Source: an uncultured Gemmataceae bacterium (GTDB lineage Bacteria > Planctomycetota > Planctomycetia > Gemmatales > Gemmataceae). From it: a DNA stretch of 64,000 nucleotides. Positions 29,376 through 39,097 of this stretch are shown in pieces; within the stretch, counting starts at the first letter, position 1, and every line of letters begins with the position of its first letter. Below the pieces are notes generated by a model. It searched no databases and was not told the DNA's origin. It was given only the letters and a program-made list of their open reading frames with translations. The position numbers and the translations under genes are program-made. The DNA is taken from the NCBI GenBank assembly GCA_963750165.1, contig CAVVPN010000003.1:928001-992000 (forward strand), written 5' to 3'.

Positions 29376-31788
29376 AAACGGCGTTCGCGATTACCGGTGT
29401 GGGCATGCTGTCTCCGGTCGGCGTCGGGGCCAGTCAGTGTCTCCATTCCGTCCGCTCCGGCATCAGCCGCCTGGTCGTTCAGCCCTATCCGGACCGTGCC
29501 CGCGAATGGGTCGTGGGCGGCCACGTCCCCCTGGGAGTCCCTTTTGTCCGGGAGCGGCGACTCGCCTTCCTCGCCGGCATCGCCGTCAAACGGGCCTGGC
29601 TGCAGGCGTTCGGCACAGCCGACCCCGGCGGCCTGGGTCCCATGGCTTTTTTCCTCGGGGCGCCGAACCGTTCCGGCCGGGTTACCGATTTCCCGGGGCG
29701 GAATTCGACCCCCGACCGTGGCTCGCCGGCCTGGGCGTATCCGCCTCAACCCCCTGCGAAACCGTCCCTGCCGGCTCCAGTAGCGCCCAGGCAGCCCTCG
29801 TCAAGGCGGAACAACTGCTCGGCACCGGGCAGGTGCGGGCCTGTGTGATCGGGGCCGTCGATACGTTGTTGCAAATCCAGGTCATTCGCTGGCTGGAAAA
29901 TTACAGTCGCCTCAAATGCAGTTACGTCAATGACGGCCTGATGCCCGGCGAGGCGAGTTGTTTCCTCGTCCTCGAGAGGGAAACATCGGCCCAGGGGCGC
30001 GGGGCGGTCATCCTGGCACGCGTGCTGTCTTCGGTGACGGAAGTGGAAGCCGCCAACATCCTTTCCGACCTGCCCAACACGGCCAGGGGGTTGACGACCG
30101 CCGTTCGCGCGGCGCTGCGCGACGCCGAGACCGCGGCCAGGAACCTCGGGGCTGTCTGGTGCGACCTCAACGGCGAGAGTTATCGCGCCCGCGAATGGGC
30201 GTTCACCGAAATTCGTAACGGTTTACAAACGCACACGGAGTTGATCCACCCGGCGGATTGTCACGGCGACCTGGGAACGGTCAACGCGGCAAATCTTCTG
30301 GGCCTGGCGGCGCTCGCCCAGGCAACCGGCTGGGCCGGCGGCAAGCCGCTGCTCGTGTTTACGGCGAGCGAGGGGGGGCTCCGGGCCGCGACAGTAATCG
30401 GCCCCCCTCCAGGGCAACCTCCCCTGGTTCAAATGACCCGCGAACTGCCCCGGGTCGTGTCCGCCCGAGAAGAAGTGTCTCGGCTGGGGCCGGACGAACC
30501 GGATTTCCTTGAGGCCGAGAACCCCCCGCGTGTTTACTTCGACTGGCAACTGCGGCAAGAGCACCTCGACACTCTGGCAGCGCTGCATTACCAACGCAAG
30601 GCGATCCTCCGCAACCCGGCGCTCCCTTGGCCCCGCCTGCGCGAACCCGAGCAGCGCATCCTCAACCACCTCGACGCGGCGGTGGCAGGCGGGGCGGAGT
30701 CCATCTGGGCCGTCGCCTCCGGCCTGCTCGACGGCGAGGAGGGCAAGGCTTTCGCCGGGGCGCTGCTCCTCGGCGTCCTGCCGACGCCCGCCAACCTCGC
30801 CCGCATGGACGCTGCCCTGAAACCCAAGCCCCCCGTCCTCGCTGGAATCGAGGCGGGACTCCGGCACGCCCCGGTCAGCAAACCCCTGTTGCTCCACCTC
30901 GAAACCTGGCTCGACCACGACGAACCCGCCGTCCAGGCGTTGGCCGTCTCTGTCCTGTCCTACCGTCGCGAACTGGAAGCCCGCCGCATCGTCCCCTTCA
31001 TCAAGAGCACGGACCCGCGGCTGCGCCTGGCCGGCATCCGGGCGGCCCGGCGGCACCGCCACCCGGGTGCCGCCCCCGCGCTGGAGGCGCTGCGTACCAC
31101 CGACGACCCTGTGGTGCTGCGCGAAGCACTCCTGGCCCTGCTCTGCCTCGGCCACCGGAACGTCCCGGCGCAGTGCCGTAACCTGATCGCCGCCGCCCCG
31201 CCCGCCGCGCAGGTTCCCTGGCTGCTGGCGCTCGCGGGGCAGGGGAATGACCTCGCCGTGCTGCTGCGCGCCAACAACGCACTCGCCGACCCCATGACGC
31301 TCGCGGCCCTGGGCATCCTCGGCAACGTGGGGGCGGTGCGCTACCTCCTCCAGGCGCTCGAAGCGTCGGACGACAAGGTCAAGGTCGCCGCGGCGGAGGC
31401 GCTGGAACTGATGACCGCCTCCGGTCAGCGCGAACGGGCCGTCCTGGTGGAAAAAACGGAGCTGCTGCCGGGGGAGTTCATCGAGGAGCGCCGCGAGGTC
31501 GAGCGCGTGGCCACCGCCGCCGACGCCTGGCGCGACTGGTGGGCGCAGCACGGCCGGAAGCTGGACCCGGTGCGGCGCTGGCGACGCGGGCAACCCTTCG
31601 ACTACGGTGTGGTCCTTGCGGAATTGAAGGCCCCGGCGACGCGCTTTCACGACCGGCAGCGCGCGTACTGGGAGTTGCTGATTCAGTCGGGGCAGTCATT
31701 CCCGTTCGAGCCAGACTGGTTCGTGCCGCGGCAACAGCAGGCGCTGGCCGAGTGGGACTCCTGGTGGGACACCGCCAAACCGCGTTGA
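29372..31788 (+). CDS. Beta-ketoacyl-synthase-like (PRK06147-type) domain fused to TIGR02270-like HEAT-repeat domain; frameshift near 29660
   Basis: AITGVGMLSPVG, GLMPGEA, DLNGESYRAREW, HPADCHGDLG, GGLRAA. Then in the same frame EHL..LA.L..QR, EQRILNHLD, ALGILG, R.RRG.P, which are TIGR02270-type features. Confidence 0.8.
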
Positions 31789-31795
31789 AACGCGC

Positions 31796-32563
31796 TTACG
31801 CGGACGGCAACGCCTCGCCGTGAGCCCGCGCCACTTCCAGCAGCCGCTCGCGGAGGGGGTCGCGCAGCGCCACGATGTCGTCCACGTTCAGCACCTCCTC
31901 GAACACGTCCATGCCGGAAATCTCCGTGTTCTCGACGATCACGTCGTCGGGCGGACGCACGGTCGTCACCGGGGCGCTGAGGAAAGTGACCGGCAGCTCG
32001 CCGAAACCCTCCAGCCGCCCCGTGCTGACCGGGAAACGCAGATCTCCCAGCAGCTTCGCCAGCCCCGGCTGTCGCGCCAGCACCACGTGCAGCATCAGGT
32101 AGTGCTGGACGAACTGCTGCAGTTCCGGGCTGGTGCGGTCGCGCTGGGCGAGCAGCTCGGCCAGGCGCCGCGGCGGGCAGGCGGCGTAATGACAGACCCA
32201 GCGGAGCGGGGTCGTGACCGCCACCGACTTGACGCCGGGAGTGTGGACGTACTCGGTCGGCGTCAGCTCGACGGCGGTGGCGAGGATGTCCAGCGGCGGC
32301 TTCAACTCGCGGGGGAGGCCGAACGGCTGCATTGGGGCGAGCTTTTCATACAGCGTTTGCAGGTCCTTCAGGGCGGCTTCGGAGCCCTTGACGGTCTCGC
32401 GAGGAGTGCTCTTGACGTACTCGCCGAGGACGGCCCGCTGGCGCAACAGCGGCGCCAGCGCGGCCAGGTACTCCTTCAGCTCGCCACGCAGCAGGTCGGC
32501 CACCGTCCGCGTCAGTTTGCGCAGGGCCAGCAGCCGTTTCGTGGTAAATCGCTTGTCCGTCAT
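31796..32563 (-). CDS. Hypothetical protein within the T6SS locus
   Basis: ATG after GGAG, 255 aa, natural globular composition and host-like codon use (RLLALRKLTR..; RPPDDVIVENTEISG..VFEEV). Confidence 0.75.
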   Translation of the reverse strand: MTDKRFTTKRLLALRKLTRTVADLLRGELKEYLAALAPLLRQRAVLGEYVKSTPRETVKGSEAALKDLQTLYEKLAPMQPFGLPRELKPPLDILATAVELTPTEYVHTPGVKSVAVTTPLRWVCHYAACPPRRLAELLAQRDRTSPELQQFVQHYLMLHVVLARQPGLAKLLGDLRFPVSTGRLEGFGELPVTFLSAPVTTVRPPDDVIVENTEISGMDVFEEVLNVDDIVALRDPLRERLLEVARAHGEALPSA

Positions 32564-32639
32564 CTCCAACCCCTCGCACCCCTTAATCTCTCGCATTATA
32601 CCGCGGCGGCGGCCGTCTCTCCACCACGAACCGGATTGC

Positions 32640-32668
32640 TTGTAACCCGCGCGAGCGCGGCGTACAAT
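32640..32668 (+). promoter_or_regulatory. Sigma70-like promoter for the pseudo-caspase/vWA operon
   Basis: TTGTAA-17 nt-TACAAT, 38 bp before ATG 32707. A divergent TATAAT (32595-32600, minus strand) could serve the upstream gene. Confidence 0.5.
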
Positions 32669-32706
32669 CCAAATGTTTTCAGGCCCTCCCATCCCCCGAG
32701 GTTCCC

Positions 32707-35700
32707 ATGGCCGATAAATCTCCACCCCCCTGGCGCGGAGGTGCCTCGAACTCCGGCCGGCCCACCGGTGGCGGCAATAAACCCTGGAGCAGCAAACCCC
32801 AGCAAGCGGCAGCCTCCGCGCGGCCCTTCCGGGTTCCGCGACGCGTCGTGGTCGGCTTCCTGCTAACCGCGGTCCTGGCGACGGTGGCGACGCTGATTTA
32901 CATCGGCACGCGGCCCGAGACGCCGAAACAGCCTCGCCTCGTCCTCATCGGGGCGGACTACGCCGAGAATCTGGGCGTGCCACCCAACCCGCACGGCATG
33001 CAGAGCCTGCTGGACCTCAAAGCCTATGCCGAAACCGCCGAATGGAAGGCCGGCGTCGAGCAGGAAAAGGTGTTCAACGTCCATCACGGGGCCCCTTTGA
33101 CCTTCAAGTCCCGCGACGCTGCCTACCTACTTCACGACCTGAACGAGGCCAGGGAGAAAACCATCATTGTTTACCTGGCCCTTCACGGCGGCGTTGATGC
33201 CAGGGGGCCTTACCTCCTCCCCCAGGACTATCAGGTTTATCCCCTCTCCGAAAGCAAACAGGGCCAGGGCCTGTTGCGTATCAGCGACGTGCTCGACCGC
33301 CTGGCGGAGTTGAAGGACAAAAACAAGGTTCTGATCCTCGACGCGACGCAAATCCCGGCTCACGCGCCGCTCGGGATGCTGCACAATGACTTCGCCCGGC
33401 AGCTGAAAGAGGGTGCGATCCGCAAGCAAATTGAGGCGATTCCCAACCTGGTGGTTCTCTGTGCCAGCGATGTCGGCCAGCGCTCCTGGTACTCCGAGGA
33501 GTGGGGCCGGACCGCCTTTGGGCATTATGTTCTGGAAGGGCTGAAGGGGGCCGCGGACCAAAACAATAACGGTCGCGTCACCGCGCAGGAACTCATCGAT
33601 TACCTGCAACTCAACGTCCGCAAATGGGTGCGTGCCAACCGCGACGAGGAGCAGGAACCGCTGTTCCTGGTCGGCAAGGAGACGGACCCCGCGCGGATGG
33701 AACTGGCGGTGTACGAGGGGTCGTACCAGTATGAGCCGCCGTCGCCCCGGATCGACGCCGCGGCCAGGGCCGCCCTGGACCGGGCATGGAACGGCTTCCA
33801 CGCCCTCCGTCAAAAGAACCCGTTCGCCCCCCAGCAACACCCGCAGCTGTGGCGGCGTTATCTGGACACGCTGCTGCGCTGCGAGCACCTGGCGCGCTCC
33901 GGCTGCGATGTCCAGCAGAGCACCGGCGGTCTGCTCACGAAACTGGGGACGTGGGAGAAGGAACTGTCCGACGCAGCGCCGCTGCCCCCGTCGCTGGAGC
34001 AGGCGGCGTCCCTCACCTTGCCGTTGCACGCGGCACTGGGGCGGGCCGTCCCCTGGGACAGGGCCCAGCTGAAGAAGTGGTTCGCCGGCCTGTGGAACCC
34101 CGACCCCAAAAAGAATCCCGACCCCAAAAAGAGTCGAGAAGTGTTCTGGGAGGAGGTGAAAAAGGCAGCGCTGGCGAAGGGGACCGAAACGCAACTGTGC
34201 CTGGAACTGGCGACCCTGGCCCTGCGGGCCGACGGGCCGCCCACGGCGAAGGCGCGCGAGCAACGCCGGCAACTGCTGCAATTGCTCTTTCCGGTGGCGG
34301 GCCGGCGCCCGGCCGAGGTTCACACCGTCTTGATGATCGACCAGGATCTCGACGACAAGAAGCAACCCGGTGAGGAACTGCTTGCCCGTTCCAAGGACCT
34401 GCGGTTGCTGGCGGAGCAGACGGTCCTGACGGCCCCCGCTGGCACCGCGTTCGACAGCGCCCGGGTCTTCCCCTGGGTCAAGGCGCAGGTGGCGGACGCG
34501 GACCGCGCACGCACGCTGGGACAGGACTGGCTGTTCGCGGCCGACGGCACCGGGTGGGAGCAGGCTGGGAAACACCTGAAGGACGCCGCCGCGAGGTACG
34601 AGGAGGCGCTGGAGGACGGCAAGGCCGTGCGTGAGGCGCTGGCGGTGCGCGACGAGGCACTGGCGACGCTGCCCTACTATACGCAATGGTTGGCGCGCCG
34701 GCGGTTCCCACCCGGCAAGCGAGAACTAAAGGCAGATGTCGCGGCGTGGGTGGGCAAGGTGGAAGCATTGTGGCAGGACACGCACCTGCTGGCGGGCCGG
34801 CTGACCGACCCGGAGGGGAGCGGGGTCCGGCACGCGGGCGACCGGGGCGAAAGCTTGCAGGTGCTGGCGGCGCGGGGCCGCCAGGGATTGCAGGAGGTCG
34901 CACGATTTTTCGAGGGGCAGTGCGTCGAGTTCAGCAAGGCCGGCGCCGGCGCGGCGTTGCCCTCGTTGTGGCATGACCTGGACGGCGTCCTGTTGGTGCC
35001 GTTCATCGAACCGGCACTGCGCACACAACTGCTGAAGGCCCATGCCCGGGTGGCCAAGGACCTCCACGACAAGTATGACCCGAAACGCAAGTTGGACCCG
35101 GCGGAGGACGACGCGGTCGCGAAGGAGCAGGAGCGCGGGATCGCGGCGGCCCGTCTTCAGGGGCGGCTAGCCTGCGCGGAACTGGGCTCGGAGTGGGTGA
35201 ACCAGCAGGGGGCAGGGCTGAAGTACAACGACCTGTGGGACACGATTCGGCGCGACCAGAAGGAGTACTGGGTGTCCCTGGGGGAGGCCGGCGGCCAGCT
35301 GGGGAAGCTGTTGCGGCGGCGGCCGCAGTCCCTGGAAGAGACGGCCCAGAAGCTCAAGCAGGCGAAATCGGTCGGTGAGGCCGGGAAGGCGGTGCGGGCA
35401 GCGGAAGTGGTCGCCCGCCACCTGGACGGTGCCGGGGCGGAGGTCGCCCCGCTGGACCCGGTGCTGGAGAACCGGTTGCTCCACCTGCACGGGCTGCTGG
35501 TCGGGCTGGCCGACCGCACCTGGCACGAACACTGGTGGTACACCCGCGCGGAGCAGGGGCCGAACCCGCAGCCCTACTACGTCACCGCCGTCGAGACGTT
35601 GCTGGACGCGGCGGGACAAATGGCCGTCGCGGGGAGTCCCTCGAACAGGGCGATCGAGGAACTGCGCAAGGCGGAGGTCCGGTCTGAGGGGGCGCGGCTG

Positions 35701-37833
35701 CGGCGTGCGGACGTGGCCTGCGCGCCGCTGGGGACGGCGTTCGACTGGACCAGCGAACCGCAGCACGTCGTGCGGTTCAAGATCGCACCGCCGCAGGTGC
35801 CGGGGGGGGCGACCGCAGAAGGCGTGGCCATGACCTCCCTGAAGGCCGACCGGTTGAAGACGCCCGGGGAGTACCAGGTGCGCGCGCCGCGGCCCCTCAC
35901 CGCCGCGAGCGCCGCCACGCCCCTGGAATACCACCTGACGAATCCCGCCCTGGACCAGCCGCCGACTGTGGCGTTCGTCAAGACAACGGCCACCCTGCAG
36001 GGGGTGTTCCGCGGTCAGCCGCTGACCCCGACCGCGCACCTCAACCTGCACCTGATCCCGGAAACCGTCGTGTACCGTCAGCCGCCGCCGACCATTGCCG
36101 GCGTCCACGTGCGCGCGGACGAGGAACTGCCGGCCGGGTCGGTCGCCATCGTGCTCGACTGTTCCGGGTCCATGAACGACCCGGTGGGAAAGGCGGGCGG
36201 GACGCGGTACACCTACGCCCTGCAGGCGCTGCGCGAAGTGCTGGGCAAGTTGCGCGAGGGCACCGAACTCAGCCTCCTGGTCTTCGGCCATGAAACAGTT
36301 CAGACCAACGACCTGATCGAAGTCTTTCGCAAACCGACGGAGTGGAAGGAGGCGCAGCTCGACAGCCTCATGAGGCGGCTCGGGAAACTGAAGCCCTACT
36401 ACAAGACACCCCTGGTGAAGGCGATGCTTCACGCCAGGGAGGACCTGAAGGGCAAGCCCGGCTTCAAAACGCTGGTGCTGCTCACCGACGGCACGGACAC
36501 GCTGTACCAGGAGGGGGACCCCGGGGAAACCCGGACAGAGAGGATCAAAAAGAGGTTACTCAAAGAATTCCGCAACCAGCAGATCATGATTAACATGATC
36601 ATTTTCAACGACGGCCGGAATGCGGCGGAGCGGCAGGAAATTCAGAACGCCCGGGACCAGTTCGAGGAGACGATTTACAAGCTGAACTCGCCTGAGGGCA
36701 AGCTGCGCACCGGGTTTTTCGTGGAGAAAGACGCCAAAAACCTGGTGCGCACGCTGCTCGAATTCATGCGGCCCCAGGCGCGCGTGCTGCAAAACCTCAA
36801 GGTGCTGGCCAAGATGCCCATGAGCTATTTCGAGGAGGAGGGCTACGACTTCTGGAAGCTGGAGCCGGGGGAAGACCGCGTGTACTCCCTCGCGGTGAAC
36901 CACGCGGACCAGTTCTTCCGGCTCGACCGCGGAGACTTTCTCGCCGTGCTGGTGCGGCCCAGCGCCGAGGCGCGGGCGGGCGTCGCGTTCGAGCGGCTGC
37001 TGTTCGCGGACCTGAAGGGGTGCGAGAAGCGGCCCCGGAAAAAAATCGGCGAGTGGCAACTGACCGTCCTGCAAAACCAGTACCTGATCAACCGGAAGAC
37101 CCTGGAGATGCTGGCGACCCTGGAAAACTGGAAGCGGGTCAAGCCCGACGGCGGCCGCCTGCGCCTGACGCGACCGGGCTTCATGTGGCTCGAGCTGGAC
37201 GCCCCGGGGGCGCACAAGCCCGTGCAGGTGCGCTGGGGGAACGAATGGCTTTACCCCGGCCCCACCTGGAAGTTGAAAGGGAGGGACTGGCCGACCGACG
37301 CCGGGACGGGGAACACCCCGCGGGGGAACAGTCCGCGGCTGTCCGCCTGGTGGACCTGGGCCGACGATCCCTTCCCCCCGGCCCACACGAAAGTGTTTCA
37401 CGAGGAGGGCAAGCGCTTCGAGGACGAGTTGCGCGACCGCGCGGAGAACGTCCGCGATGAGGGCGTGACCATCGAGAGCGTCACGACGGAGGAACTCCCG
37501 CGGGAAGGGGTTGCCGGGAAGGCGGAGTGCCTGGTGGTGCGGCTGCGGCACAAGGTCGGGAAGCCCGTCTGGGTGGAGTTGGGGGACCTGGCGCCCACGT
37601 ACCAGGAACACCACTTTTACGCGCGGGCCGGCAAGGTGACCGCCATCTTCTGGGGCATCTCGAACGACCAGGCCCAGAAACGGTTCTCGTTGAACCTGAC
37701 CTCGCTCGACGCCCTCAAGCACGACAGGAACACGTTCCGCCTGGCGGCCGACGAATTGCCCTTGCCCACGCCCGACCTGCCGCCGCCCAACCCGGTGACG
37801 TTGCGCACACCGGCGGTCGGTCGGCAGGATTGA
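32707..37833 (+). CDS. Giant membrane-anchored protein: caspase-like (C14, non-catalytic) domain + helical region + vWA domain
   Basis: N-terminal TM. YLALHGG, LILDATQ, LCAS..GQRS, F..YVLEGLKGAAD.NNNGRVT..EL caspase-fold motifs. vWA MIDAS IVLDCSGSM..TPL..LLTDG. Confidence 0.8.
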   Translation: MADKSPPPWRGGASNSGRPTGGGNKPWSSKPQQAAASARPFRVPRRVVVGFLLTAVLATVATLIYIGTRPETPKQPRLVLIGADYAENLGVPPNPHGMQSLLDLKAYAETAEWKAGVEQEKVFNVHHGAPLTFKSRDAAYLLHDLNEAREKTIIVYLALHGGVDARGPYLLPQDYQVYPLSESKQGQGLLRISDVLDRLAELKDKNKVLILDATQIPAHAPLGMLHNDFARQLKEGAIRKQIEAIPNLVVLCASDVGQRSWYSEEWGRTAFGHYVLEGLKGAADQNNNGRVTAQELIDYLQLNVRKWVRANRDEEQEPLFLVGKETDPARMELAVYEGSYQYEPPSPRIDAAARAALDRAWNGFHALRQKNPFAPQQHPQLWRRYLDTLLRCEHLARSGCDVQQSTGGLLTKLGTWEKELSDAAPLPPSLEQAASLTLPLHAALGRAVPWDRAQLKKWFAGLWNPDPKKNPDPKKSREVFWEEVKKAALAKGTETQLCLELATLALRADGPPTAKAREQRRQLLQLLFPVAGRRPAEVHTVLMIDQDLDDKKQPGEELLARSKDLRLLAEQTVLTAPAGTAFDSARVFPWVKAQVADADRARTLGQDWLFAADGTGWEQAGKHLKDAAARYEEALEDGKAVREALAVRDEALATLPYYTQWLARRRFPPGKRELKADVAAWVGKVEALWQDTHLLAGRLTDPEGSGVRHAGDRGESLQVLAARGRQGLQEVARFFEGQCVEFSKAGAGAALPSLWHDLDGVLLVPFIEPALRTQLLKAHARVAKDLHDKYDPKRKLDPAEDDAVAKEQERGIAAARLQGRLACAELGSEWVNQQGAGLKYNDLWDTIRRDQKEYWVSLGEAGGQLGKLLRRRPQSLEETAQKLKQAKSVGEAGKAVRAAEVVARHLDGAGAEVAPLDPVLENRLLHLHGLLVGLADRTWHEHWWYTRAEQGPNPQPYYVTAVETLLDAAGQMAVAGSPSNRAIEELRKAEVRSEGARLRRADVACAPLGTAFDWTSEPQHVVRFKIAPPQVPGGATAEGVAMTSLKADRLKTPGEYQVRAPRPLTAASAATPLEYHLTNPALDQPPTVAFVKTTATLQGVFRGQPLTPTAHLNLHLIPETVVYRQPPPTIAGVHVRADEELPAGSVAIVLDCSGSMNDPVGKAGGTRYTYALQALREVLGKLREGTELSLLVFGHETVQTNDLIEVFRKPTEWKEAQLDSLMRRLGKLKPYYKTPLVKAMLHAREDLKGKPGFKTLVLLTDGTDTLYQEGDPGETRTERIKKRLLKEFRNQQIMINMIIFNDGRNAAERQEIQNARDQFEETIYKLNSPEGKLRTGFFVEKDAKNLVRTLLEFMRPQARVLQNLKVLAKMPMSYFEEEGYDFWKLEPGEDRVYSLAVNHADQFFRLDRGDFLAVLVRPSAEARAGVAFERLLFADLKGCEKRPRKKIGEWQLTVLQNQYLINRKTLEMLATLENWKRVKPDGGRLRLTRPGFMWLELDAPGAHKPVQVRWGNEWLYPGPTWKLKGRDWPTDAGTGNTPRGNSPRLSAWWTWADDPFPPAHTKVFHEEGKRFEDELRDRAENVRDEGVTIESVTTEELPREGVAGKAECLVVRLRHKVGKPVWVELGDLAPTYQEHHFYARAGKVTAIFWGISNDQAQKRFSLNLTSLDALKHDRNTFRLAADELPLPTPDLPPPNPVTLRTPAVGRQD

Positions 37834-37860
37834 CGCCCGACACCTTCGAGGAGTCGCACC

Positions 37861-38847
37861 ATGTCCCAGGGACAGCATTCTCCGGACCGGCCGCCCCCGG
37901 CGTGGCGGTCGGCGCCGGGGGCACCGCCCGCGCCGGCCCGCCGGCTCCCCGCGGGCGGCACCGGCGGGCCGCGGTTGCGCAAACTGTTCATCCTGCTGGC
38001 CGTCATCCTCGGGCTGTGCGGGGCCATCGCCGCCTGGGTCTTTCTGCTGCGCACCTTCGACGAGCCGCTATTCGTGGCCCTGCCCATCACCGAGTATCGC
38101 GGGGCCGGACTGCCGAAAAACCCGTACGTGGAGGAGGACGGGGCAGCGCTGCGGCGACACTTCCCCGGCAGCCGTGGCGCGTTCGATTTCCAGGAACGGC
38201 ACCAGCTGGCGGCGGTGCTCCGCGGCCTGCGTCAGGAGAAGCCGCCCGCACTCGTCGTCTTCCTCTCGGCCCACGCCGTCGTCCGCGACGGCCAGGTTTA
38301 TCTCCTGCCAGGGGACGCGGTGCTCGACAACCCGGACACCTGGTTGCCCCTCGGCGCCGTGCTCACCAGCATGCGCCGGTGCCACACGGAGCACCGGTTG
38401 CTCATCCTCGACGTGATGCGAGCCACGGTGGGGCCGGACGCGAAGGCGGAAGACGGCGTCTCACGCCAGGTGTACTCGTTCCTGGAGAAGGAACTCGGCA
38501 AGCAGGAGGAACCGCCGTTGTTCGTGTTGTGTGCGTGCGGGCCGGGGGAAGTCGCGCTCGCCGCGGAGCCGGTGAAGTTGTCGCTGTTTGCCTACCACCT
38601 CAACGAGGGGTTGTACGGCGCGGCGGTTGGCTATGCCCGCAAGCGAAACGACGGGTTCGTGTCGGTCCGGGACCTGGCCGCCTACGCCGCCCACCACGTG
38701 GATGCGTGGGCCCGGCACAATCTCCACGTCCGCCAGCGGCCCGTGCTCCTGGGCGCCGGCCCGGACTTTTACCTGGCGTCGCGGTCGCGGCCACAGGCGC
38801 CGGCCCGCCCGGCGGATTTGCCCAGGCTGAAAGATTTGCCCCGCTGA
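37861..38847 (+). CDS. Second membrane-anchored caspase-like (non-catalytic) protein
   Basis: TM (LFILLAVILGLCGAIAAWVFLL), VVFLSAHA, YLLPGDA, LLILDVMR, VLCACGPGE, F.YHL.EGL.GAA..NDG.VSV.DL. Paralogous to the N-terminus of the previous gene. Confidence 0.75.
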   Translation: MSQGQHSPDRPPPAWRSAPGAPPAPARRLPAGGTGGPRLRKLFILLAVILGLCGAIAAWVFLLRTFDEPLFVALPITEYRGAGLPKNPYVEEDGAALRRHFPGSRGAFDFQERHQLAAVLRGLRQEKPPALVVFLSAHAVVRDGQVYLLPGDAVLDNPDTWLPLGAVLTSMRRCHTEHRLLILDVMRATVGPDAKAEDGVSRQVYSFLEKELGKQEEPPLFVLCACGPGEVALAAEPVKLSLFAYHLNEGLYGAAVGYARKRNDGFVSVRDLAAYAAHHVDAWARHNLHVRQRPVLLGAGPDFYLASRSRPQAPARPADLPRLKDLPR

Positions 38848-39097
38848 CCGTGTGGCGGTTCGGGGGCATCTTGTGGTTTACGCCGGCGAGCGGCGGCGGT
38901 AACGTTCCCGCGGGGGAGGCCGCGTTGACGAACCGTATTCCGGGCCTACGCATCAAGCATCCCTCGGCGGGCGCGAGCACAATAGAAAAGCCCCGGCGTC
39001 CGGGCGGACCCCTTCTGGGGACGGGACGTGGAGCGTCGCAAGCGCGCGGCCCTGTTCAGGGCGTGGGGCTGAAGCCCAGATAGAAAGGTTTACCGAA

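Noticed and set aside
28195..31788. 1197-aa ORF suggesting a DUF2169-KAS-TIGR02270 triple fusion
   Set aside because: The middle (about 29300-29660) is non-protein-like in this frame. The real DUF2169 tail and KAS start lie in other frames with a GTGA overlap, so two slips restore the frame by chance.
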